From: Octopus bimaculoides
Taxonomy: Eukaryota
Assembly (NCBI RefSeq): GCF_001194135.2
Contig: NC_068990.1
Location: forward strand, 87,552,591 to 87,613,761
Direction: 5' to 3'
Length of the DNA stretch: 61,171 bases
Shown: in pieces, positions 50,766-61,171 of the stretch
How the letters are laid out: each line of letters starts with the position of its first letter
Numbering within the stretch: the first letter of the stretch is position 1
Notes under the pieces: generated by a model
The model's input: the letters and a program-made list of their open reading frames with translations, nothing else
Database searches by the model: none
Told to the model about the DNA's origin: nothing
Made by a program: the position numbers and the translations under genes

Positions 50766-51815
50766 TCAGGATAGAATACTCTGCTCAATATATCTGTAGT
50801 TCTATTGAGTCTTGTGTTTTCGTGTTTGCATATTTTCAGTCCTTCCTAAGGCACACATTGACATCTCAGAGATTATTTCTGATTTTAGTCCCCAAATTCC
50901 GGTTATCTCTATTTATATATCTATATATCGAGATAAGTTTTTCGTTTACTTAAAAAATACATTATCGTTTGCTAGGATTGAAACTGTTGGGATTTAGGAA
51001 GCATATTCTTTCTTATGTGTTCTTCATAACAATTACCCGGATGACTATAGATGTCTATAGATTGGGATATCCCTGAGGACGGTGGATTTCTCATTCCCTG
51101 GAGTAGTTTCTGCAGGATGTTTAATATCATCTCCTTTATATTGATATTTCATAATCCTTGTGTAATTTCCAAATGTAAAAGTTTCAATACTGTCGTGCCT
51201 ATATAAATATTCCCTCTTAGCAGAGACTCGATAGCCAAAACAGTGTGATTGTTTTCCCCACCTTCACATATAATGCAAATATTTATATATATTCTGCTTC
51301 ATTACATGTTTATGGAGGTTTTTTTCTAAATGGAAAAACTTTGCTTCTATTAAAATTCTAACATTTTGCCGTCGAGACCTACGCTTTCTCACTCTTTCTT
51401 TTTTTCAGATATTTGTCAAGTAGAGACTTTTCCTGTCATCTTTTTAGCATGGTTTTCTTTAGTTCTAGTTTAGCTGTTTTTAGCTTTTACTAGTAGTTTC
51501 AAGGTAATACGTCCTTATTTTTCAGTATTGTTTTGTTAATTCATCTAATGTCCAGTCAATGCTTAGGACAGAAGGGATCGAGCTGTCTATGAGACATTTT
51601 TGCTCTCATCACCGATAATGATGTCTGGACAGTTCGCTTTACCCCTCCCTCTTATCCATCTGGACAGATCCATTTTATATCACTTAGACATATCGTTTCC
51701 AAGAAGACTGTTTGTTACATATTTATATCTCTTTTTAGTTATCAAGTTCAAAGTACCAGCCTATAGCCTACAGCTTTGTCGAATTTACCAAAGATGCGAA
51801 TGTTTAAATCTATTT
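50766..51815 (-). mobile_element. R4/Dong-type LINE remnant: RT C-terminus, zinc finger and restriction-like endonuclease
   Basis: AKREYLYRHD, KHPAETTPGNEKSTVLRDIPI and VSILANDNVFFK..NLSRYID..IEITGIWGLKSE match the RLE domain (EY..RHD, ENE..ILWD.PI, KE.EK.SKY.DL..EI...W). Confidence 0.8.
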
Positions 51816-53529
51816 TGAAACATGATAATATAAAGAGAGAGGTGGAGAGAGGATGAAAGAAGTTTTCGAGGATAGGAAATCGTGATTTATTTCTCTATTC
51901 CTAATTACAAGCAAACAGAGAAAAGATATTATTAGTCATTTAATATATAAAAGGGGATTGAGGGATTGCTGGAAATAGGCAAATAAAGATATATGGAGAA
52001 AGAAAGAAAGATAGATGCATAGATAGGCAGACAGACACAAATACATATACAAACACAAATAAAAAGAAACGTGTAGGTGTGTGTGTGTGTTTCTGAGTAA
52101 ATATATGTGAATGTGTAGTTGTCTCGCTCTGCTTGCTTGTGTATGTAAACCTATATATACGTCTGCTTCTCTACGTTCCGGAAAGGATCGCCTCGAGACT
52201 CCTAACTCATTCGCAGACTCACACTCTTTTCCTGTCTGCAAAAGAATATACGGGCGTATTGTGTCTATGACTGTGAGAATGTGACATTTTGTCACACTCC
52301 CTTTCTTTCTCTCTGATTCTCTTCCCTCTGTCTATGTCTCTCTCTTCTTTTCTTGCTGTTTTTCACTTTCTAAAACTTATTATGAACACCTCCCCTTTTA
52401 TACTGAATTTCCCAACACAGTATCTACTAAAATTCATTCAAAAATTAAAAGGAAACAGGACAATTTTTTAATGGCTAAGTCACAATAGGAAGGGCGGCTT
52501 TCAGTATTCAGAGATGTTACCTCCAGGAAAGAGACCCAATCCTAATGGTTTGAACAGTGTGTGGAGTTCGCTAAAATCACACAGGGAATATTTAATGAAA
52601 TTAAACTGAGTAACTGACTAAGTCTATCAACCAAGAACAACAGTTCCCATATACCTAAGTATCATCTATAAGGCTTTCAACTGTCCCAGGCTATGGTAGA
52701 AGAAATTTGTCCATAGAAGGTGTTCTGGGTTTAAAACTGAAACCACCTAGATTGGTGTCGATAAATTTGGTACTACATCTTTTGATTAGGGGTGGGGGAT
52801 GATGAGGTGCAAGTTCATCTTGACAGGATTTGAAACCAGAACTCAGAGGAACGTGAGAAAAAATGTATACTGTTCAGTTGAAAAGTGAAGTCCACCATAG
52901 CGGGATCTGAACTGAGATTATAATTGTTAATTTTGAATTGGTTCCAATTTCTGGATTAAAGCAAACATAAGCTTTCTTCCTTCGTCAACACAATACACAC
53001 GTACATTGTTATTAATTTAATGTATTAATTGCCTATAAATTTTTATAGCATGCACCAATTATTATTGGTATTGTTTTTACCTTCATGCCTCACATTTTGA
53101 ATACATCAATTTCGAGGTCTTTGCATTTTCACATTTGCTCTATTGTGTTCTTCCTTCCCTACTAATCCACTGAGCATTTTTGATGTGTATTTTTTTTTTT
53201 TTTTTTTTGGTTTCCTCCATATTGCCTCCCACAGTATGACTGAATCGCAGCTGGCATCTATTGATATAGTTTTTTTGTTTAACTTTCTATATATATATAT
53301 ATTTTTGTTTATTTTGAATTCTGTTTAGTTGGAAGGAGAGTTCCCGTTTTTCATACCGTTTTATGCGGAAAGTTTTTGCTACTATGCCCTGTTTAATTTT
53401 TTTCTTTTACTCGCAGATATTTTTTATGTTGTTTTGTTTTGTGGGCCTTTTCTTTTATTTTTCATATATGAACCTGTTTTCTCTAATTCACAAAGTAGTG
53501 ATAAGTCTTTCTTTTGTTTTTGAATTTTA

Positions 53530-54225
53530 TTTATTATGGTCTATTTCCATTTCGGAGTTTGAGATTTTGCTGGGATCTTTTTTCCTTGTAAGGGTCAAGT
53601 CCAGTTTCCTTACTCAGCTGTTGAGAAGATCAAGTCATTTAGTTTGATGATATCTAGTGTATATTTTGATATGGTCATTATTTTCTTAAGAGCTTTTTTT
53701 ACTATTTCTTTAGTTATTTTTATGTCTTCTTGGCCTTCTATATTTCTTAACCTATCTTCGGTTTCATGCAGACACTCCGCTTCATAATTTTGCTCCAGAA
53801 TGTCCGGCTTTCCCCTGCATCTGGTTTCACTGTTACGTGTAATTGCGCATCTCGTTCCCGAAACAGTTTCTTCTGATTTACTTTAAACAATCTGTTTTGC
53901 CTGAATTGTTTTGTTCTATTCTCATATCTTTCCCGTTTTGCTTTGATTGCTACTACTCTTTGTTTCAATTCTTCCAATTTCACACCATACCCTTTATCTC
54001 TTATTCTGTTTGTTCTTTCCAGCATTATTCTTATGCTTTCGTTCTGCAATTCCCCTCTCACTCAATCTATCAACTTGTCCGAAATATCTTTTTAACTTTG
54101 TTTCTCACAAATTCTTCTATGTCAATATGGTTCTTTAAGTTCTGATTGTTCTCTTCTTTTGTATCCAACTCTATCCGCAGAAACCATAGCTACAACCCAA
54201 ATAATCTTGTTAGTTCCAGTTATAT
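53530..54225 (-). mobile_element. R4/Dong-type LINE remnant: region upstream of and entering RT
   Basis: ITGTNKII..VA..DRVGYK, LEELKQRVVAIKAKRERYENRTKQFRQNRLFKVNQKKLF and PDAGESRTFWSKI are characteristic of this LINE clade. Confidence 0.85.
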
Positions 54226-54909
54226 TTTTTTTTTTTTATTCAGCACTTTTATAATTCTATTCATAATAAGAGTACATAACGAAAAGTACGCTGCAAGACC
54301 CTAAAATTATGCAGCAACACAAACATACAGAAACTTAGTATATTTACAGACACAGTGGAGAATACCTTACACTGTATAATCTCGGAATTCTGCATTCTGT
54401 GTTCGATTCCCGATGGTACTGAATTCCTCTTTCATTTATCGTGGTTAATTAAAATACCAGTAATTTCTTGGCTTCGTCAGTAACCTTCTGGGATTCAATG
54501 CAAACTTTTGCTTGTGTACCAGTATAAACGATATTTGTTATTCAAAGTGTAAATGAAAGCAGAATTGGTAGAGTGCCAAATAAACTGCGACCGCAGACCC
54601 GTGTGTATTGAAATTGTCCAGAGTTTTACGTATTTCCGTTATATTTATTTAGATTAATTTACGTGCAGTTTTTATGAGCATTATCTCTTGTATGATGTCC
54701 TTTACTTCTGAAAAGAACCCTGTTCGAGCAGATCTACAATAAAAAAAGGATTGCATCTATGACATTCCCTTCAATTTTAGAAAATAGAATTAAATTGTCT
54801 GCTTCCAGTCCGTTTCCATACTCATACATGTATGCATGTATATATATTTATACATACAAACCTATATACATACACACGCACTCACGGGCACGCACGCACG
54901 CACACACAC

Positions 54910-54944
<35 letters not shown>

Positions 54945-55511
54945 ACTATAGCCATTCCTCAAGTGCTCTGCTTGTCATTTCAAGTGCTCTGCTTGTCATA
55001 CGAAAATAGCATTAATTTTCTAAGGTGGTTCAATTCACCTCAGTAGATGAATTTGAGTAAACCTATCAATAATGTACGTCAAAATGACTACAGGGGACAG
55101 CTGTAAACCAAATTTGCTGATGGTGTAAGAATACCTACACTGCTAGAAATAAGAGCTGAAGGAACCTGTTGCTACTATCAACGCACATAAAATTGTACAT
55201 ATACATGCTGGCAGCATTACTCCAATTTACTAAGCTCCAGTTTACTAAACTGAAAATTAGTACCAGCAAACCGCTGGTCTAGTTCTGTCCCCCTCCAATA
55301 GTCATACATACCTTAGACATGACGCTCGTTCAAAGGGTAGGACAATCGATGTAAATCAACAAAACAAACGACTTTCTGCTTAACCAAGTTAAACAAACAA
55401 TCAATTAGTTAATTGGATATTAAACCAATTATCTAACAATAAACGAATAGAATTGAATCAGTGCGTGTGTTATTAATATTGGCATAATGACTTTGCCCAG
55501 ATACTAAAATT

Positions 55512-55548
<37 letters not shown>

Positions 55549-55614
55549 CAAATGAAAGACGGAAGATGGAATATACATATGCGTATGTGTGTGTGTTCAC
55601 ACACACACACATAC

Positions 55615-55645
<31 letters not shown>

Positions 55646-57207
55646 TCACATATATATATATATATATTCATATGTATATTTATATATGCGGACGTATGTA
55701 TATACGTATATATGATACATTTGTGCATATGTATGTGTGAGTGGGTGTCTTTTGCATGAGTGTAAAGAAGCATATATGTATGTTTTTTTTGTGTATGTAA
55801 GCTGTATATTTATTTTTCAAATTTTTATTTTCTTTATGTAGAAGTTTTCAGCTGCGAGCGGGTGGGAGTAGGTATATTGGTGCCGTATGTCAATGCATAT
55901 AGATGCGAGGAAAGTACACAGTTCAGTATTCAGCTTAAATTGAATTAACTCTTTCTAATAATGCACTCTATCAAAACAATTCTAAGTCTAAGTCTTAAAA
56001 ATGCTTCCAGAAAAAATAAACTCAGTTCAAACCACTTAAAATTTATATAACATAATGCAGGGACATAATGCATTAAACAATAATAACTTCACCAAATCAG
56101 TCTGAATAGAAAAAATAGAAAACCCAATAGACGAATTACAAAGCTAAAATGCATATGTCTACAAATTATTAATACATTTTTAAACACTCACTTGCCAAGG
56201 CAGAAATATAATGCAAAAGGAATCACCAATTTATTTCACATATAACGCCGACAGACAACAATACTAAAGTAGTACAAATAAACCTTTCCGTCTCTCTCAC
56301 ATCAAAGGCCATCCTTGAACTCATCACACGAATCACACATTAATCGAAACCTGTTTTCTTTTTATTTCCACCACCTCAAATCCATTCATCTCTTTAAACA
56401 ACACCAGTAAGTTTGCTGTTATTAAATATCCGCTCCACGTCACGAAACACCCAACTGAATTCCTAGAGTTCTTCTGACAATTTATGCACAAACATTCAAG
56501 CAACGAGAGCATGTTAAGTCCTATCACCTCCTACTTCACCCCTTTATCAATGTTTTCTTCTCTTCTCAAACCCATCCTGCAATATGCTTATATAAACACA
56601 ACGTTAAATAGAATAACCAAATGAGTAAACACGTGAAATGAAAAGGAATAACCTAACGTATATTTTACACACCACTAATACATCCGTTATAATGCTAACC
56701 AACCAAGTAATAAACAAAATTTCCTTATAATTTTTTCTCATTAGTTGAAGATAGAGAAAACAACGCATCTACATAAACAAGCCCTTTTGCTATTCTTACA
56801 ACTTCGGTCTCTACGGAATTTCATATTTTAACTATTTTAATTTCGGCATCGCGCACCCAAGCATCTTTTTAAAATTCTTATATTAGATGCTTTTGATCAA
56901 CTCTACCCACCGGCAATACACCAAAAGATTTTTTTTTTTTAAATTAGACACTTTCATAATAGCGTAGAATCCCCTCTCCCGAAACTCATTTACATAAGCA
57001 CAAATATTAATTCTCTGTTAAACCTATGATGGACTCTGGTTAAGAGCGAAACATTTACAGCATTCGACGCTTAAGAGAAAAAAAAACAAACCTTTTAACT
57101 ACTGCACAATTATGACGTTAATTTTTAAATTTGGTTTGGAGTTATATTTATCACAATGAACAAATTGCATACCCGCACTTACATGTTCATATATAAATAC
57201 ATACATA

Positions 57208-57322
57208 TGAGGGGTGTATGAAAAGTCTTGAAAATCAAAGACACAAAACATGGTACAAGACTTCTGATGAAGGTATAAGGCTCACCGGCCTTGAAGGCTC
57301 AATACTTTTTATACACCCCTCC
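57208..57322. mobile_element. 115-bp mariner-type MITE with TA target duplication
   Basis: TA|TGAGGGGTGTATGAAAAGT ... ACTTTTTATACACCCCTCC|TA; the TIRs match 17/19. Confidence 0.85.
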
Positions 57323-58099
57323 TACATACATACACTTTTTCTGACTATTTCTTTGTTTCTGTATTTTATATTTGGACGATGCTTATGTTTCACCTGTTAC
57401 TAAATTAATGACATTAGCTTCGTCGGCAAATTGTTGAAATAGTACATCACACTGGGCATTCATTCTTATACAGAGTAAAATGAAATTATGATTTAACGAA
57501 GAACTTATTTAAAATAATCACCTAAAGAAACACACGTTACACTTTTTATGGCTGATAGTGATTACACAATATGTTAAGCATATCATCTTGCCAATGTACT
57601 ACGGGTATAACAATGTGTAGAAGCAAGTGTAGTGATTTTGAAATGCTCTTCAATACACTTTTGTTATCAATCTATCGATCTATCTATCGATCTATCTATC
57701 TGTGTGTGTAATGGAGCGCGTTGTATATTCAATATGATTGACTTCAATTTAATAAAAAGTACTTAATCACTACGTTCAGCCGACCAAAATTACATAGAGA
57801 TCAACCTGAGATGGCCGCTTCGAAATTCATTTCTTGACATAATTTTAAGGCTGATATAATTGGTAACTCTGGATACGGCAGTGACTACGTTTATTGACGA
57901 GATTTAATGTAGAATACCTGAAATTGCAAGAACTTTTGCCGCACGCGATATTTTGCTGCAAATGCATTTATTGCCGACTGATTCAAGATAGTGTGCATTT
58001 AATTTGGGGTGGCCATGAAGTTAATGGCTGTACGTTTAGGATTCAGTCACATGTCGGAATCACAGCGAGCTCTGACTATGTATATCTAATACGCATACG

Positions 58100-58320
58100 T
58101 ATTCTTTTATTCTTTTATTCTTTGACTTGTTTCAGTTATTTGATTGTGGCCATGATGGAGCACCTCCCTAAGGGATCTTAGTCGAAGAAATCGACCCTAG
58201 GACTTATTGTTTCTCAGCCTAGTACTTATTCTATCGGTTTCATTTGCCGAACTGCTAAGATACATAAAGACACCAGCATCGGTTGTTTAAACGGTGGCAG
58301 GGGTACATGCACAGACACAG
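58100..58320 (-). mobile_element. SINE family B, 3' half
   Basis: Reverse complement of 40051-40248. Confidence 0.85.
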
Positions 58321-58330
58321 ACACACACAC

Positions 58331-58388
<58 letters not shown>

Positions 58389-58730
58389 TTTAACAAGAAT
58401 AGTCCGATAGCCCATTATCGGACTGTAAGTCATTTAATTTCTTCTTGTCTTTATAAAGTGTTTCTTAAGTTAAAATTTTCTTGGGTAACGTTTGTTGTGT
58501 TGAAGGATAATTATTTTGTATGTCAGGTTGTGGTGGCATTGAGAATTATTATTGATTATATCAGTAAAAAATTGAAGTGCTAATGGTTAGAATTTCTTCA
58601 TGCATGGATAGCTTTGTAATTAGGTTTATCATCTTGAGGTCAATGACATTCACGGAGCGGTATAGTATGGTTGTTAGTCAGCAGTTCCGGGAAAATGTAT
58701 ATTCATGGGTATGTGCGTGTGTGTGTGTGT

Positions 58731-58766
<36 letters not shown>

Positions 58767-58850
58767 AGCTGTGCATATATGTATATATATATATATATGT
58801 ATATGNNNNNNNNNNNNNNNNNNNNNNNTATATATATATATATATATATA

Positions 58851-58912
58851 TTTCATTTCTTTAACTTTATTCGTTTTCAGCCATACGGCTGCGGTCATGC
58901 TGGAGCACCACT
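58851..58912 (-). mobile_element. SINE family B tail only
   Basis: GGTCATGCTGGAGCACC and the TTTCAG..AT motif. Confidence 0.7.
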
Positions 58913-59281
58913 ATGATTTTGTATCTTGTATCTTTTCCACATCTTTGTTGTGTGGTTGATTTTTTCAAGATGATGGGGTTTCATATCACAACTCCTAAAT
59001 TAGCTTTTTTTCCGCTCGTTGCTAGCCCATTTGGTGTATGGCCGACTTTGACACTTTTGCCTTCATCTGGATTTCGTGCCAGGACTTTGGTTCGTCTGGT
59101 GTTGCAGACAGCAGAATATCCAGTTCCTTTTCAAAGACATCCACTTCCAAGTTGTGTAGGTTTCTTAATTTTTTTGGCAAGGCATTGAAGAGCCGAGCCT
59201 TTGAACCCTAATCTATTGCAGTATCTGGTCCTGACATCAGATGAGTTGGAAGGTGCCTGTGGTACAATGCAGTGGCCTCTA

Positions 59282-59401
59282 GTTGGGGCCAGCCCGAAGC
59301 TATAGTAGAAGACACTTGCCCAAGGTGCCACGCAGTGGGACATAACCCGGAGCCATGTGGTTGGTAAGCAAGCTATTTACCACACAGCCACCCCTGCACC
59401 T
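59282..59401 (-). mobile_element. SINE family B head
   Basis: Highly similar to 16150-16262. Confidence 0.88.
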
Positions 59402-59459
59402 GTACTAATTTTCTAAAGAAAAATATTTATTGCCTTACAATAGATTAAAAGTAAAAAGG

Positions 59460-59927
59460 GTGGAGCCCTCCTTTGGTCATGAATGACCATGGGAACGCAC
59501 CTAGAAAGTTACCCTCTGAGGCACAAGTCTGAGTAAGGTTGTTTATGGAAGACCAGCAGTCATCCATGCATACCAGCCTCCTCTCCCCATGCCATTATAT
59601 GTACATAGGGTAAAGACCCCCTTTGATTATGAATGACTATGGGATTGCATCTAGAAAGTTCCCCTCTGAGGCACAAGTCTCTCCCTCTCCACACCACAAA
59701 TGTTATCCAAGGGGAAGGCAAAGTCTGATACATCTTGGCACCAGTGATATCACAACTCATCTCTACATCTGAGTTAACTGGAGCAACGTGAAATAAAGTG
59801 TCTTGCTCAAGAACACAACACACAGATTCAACGTGACACAGAGTGGGACAAGGCTGGCCCTTTAAAATGCAGATACAACAGAAACAAGAAGAAAGAGTGA
59901 GAGAAAGTTGTGGTGAAAGAATACAAC
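59460..59927 (-). mobile_element. Composite SINE family C-related fragments with a duplicated 65-bp tail segment
   Basis: TGAATGAC.ATGGGA..GCA.CTAGAAAGTT.CCCTCTGAGGCACAAGTC occurs twice. The family C core is near 59770-59820, and CGTGACACAGAGT..GACAAGGC is shared with 5374-5400. Confidence 0.7.
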
Positions 59928-61171
59928 NNNNNNNNNNNNNNNNNNNNNNNNNNNNNNNNNNNNNNNNNNNNNNNNNNNNNNNNNNNNNNNNNNNNNNNNN
60001 NNNNNNNNNNNNNNNNNNNNNNNNNNNNNNNNNNNNNNNNNNNNNNNNNNNNNNNNNNNNNNNNNNNNNNNNNNNNNNNNNNNNNNNNNNNNNNNNNNNN
60101 NNNNNNNNNNNNNNNNNNNNNNNNNNNNNNNNNNNNNNNNNNNNNNNNNNNNNNNNNNNNNNNNNNNNNNNNNNNNNNNNNNNNNNNNNNNNNNNNNNNN
60201 NNNNNNNNNNNNNNNNNNNNNNNNNNNNNNNNNNNNNNNNNNNNNNNNNNNNNNNNNNNNNNNNNNNNNNNNNNNNNNNNNNNNNNNNNNNNNNNNNNNN
60301 NNNNNNNNNNNNNNNNNNNNNNNNNNNNNNNNNNNNNNNNNNNNNNATATATATATGTATGTATGTATATGTATATGTATGTATATGTATGTATGTATGT
60401 ATGTAAGTATGTATGTATGTATGTATGTATGTATGCATGTATGTATGTATGTACATTGACAAAAACACACAAACATACATATATATAAAGAGAGAGAGAG
60501 ACGAGGAGAGAGAGAAAGGAAGAGGAAGAGATAGAGGAGATATGTAATTCCGAACTCAGAAGTTAATGATTATTGTAGACTTTAATTTATGTGTTTAGTT
60601 TGTGGCTGTTAGTTCGTGGAGGAGACAATTTCTACTATATGGCCATATATGGGATGGCATTGTAGTAGTTTTGCCATTGAAAATATATTTGTTTATCCAT
60701 ATGTCTTCCAGTTTATATTTTTCTCTCTATCTACCTGGCCGCCCACTCGTCATTTAATCAAAGGATATATCTAAATAGACAATTATTAAGCAGTCATCAT
60801 CCAACATAGCTAGGAAAACTGTGCTTTCACATACGGTAAACCATTCTGAATAGAAACGCGCTGATGTGCGAGCATCTGTGTCTGTGTGAGTGCGTTAGAC
60901 TGTCAGTGTATGTATTACTGTATGTGAGTATGTATGTGTAAGAACACTGGTGTGTAATTATACCTGTATATATGTGTGTACAAAACGCGTGTATATATGT
61001 AATTACATACATAGAGAGAGAGGAAGATATAATGTACATGATCCATCAATATCTATCTATTTAGACATATATATATACATACATATATATATGTATATAG
61101 ATATGCGTGTGTGTGTGAGAGAGAGAGAGTGTGTGCCTATGTATTATTTATACACACACACACACACACAC

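Noticed and set aside
53747-54061. 104-aa coiled-coil-like ORF as a host gene
   Set aside because: It is a recognisable R4/Dong LINE ORF fragment with disrupted flanks.
57023-57060. Hammerhead-like near misses (57023-57060, 57267-57296, 48040-48095, 57803-57826)
   Set aside because: Each lacks an intact CUGANGA or GAAA core, or the stem I/III pairing. 57023 may be a degenerate copy, but I cannot support it.

Overview
This is AT-rich animal genomic DNA from a gapped draft assembly, with about 11 large N gaps, most bordered by microsatellites. The microsatellite density and the three abundant tRNA-derived SINE families point to a coleoid cephalopod, probably Octopus (inference). No long intact CDS, prokaryotic operon, tRNA gene or CRISPR array is present, and most ORFs in the track are microsatellite or N artefacts. 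The window reads like intronic or intergenic DNA filled with decayed mobile elements: a Helitron 3' end with a PIF1-helicase remnant, Penelope-like (GIY-YIG) remnants, a Gypsy pol remnant, R4/Dong-type and RTE-type LINE remnants, mariner and hAT non-autonomous elements, and more than 20 SINE copies. The most notable hidden features are two minimal type-I hammerhead ribozyme motifs (19295-19383 +, 36197-36275 -), a full-length 5S rRNA copy fused directly to a SINE 3' tail (50556-50751), a 12-nt microexon candidate with a TGC-containing acceptor (17694-17705), and several long inverted repeats and hairpins. A tentative chain of small + strand exons could encode a transporter-like membrane segment. 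All exon calls are low-confidence inferences from splice signals alone.
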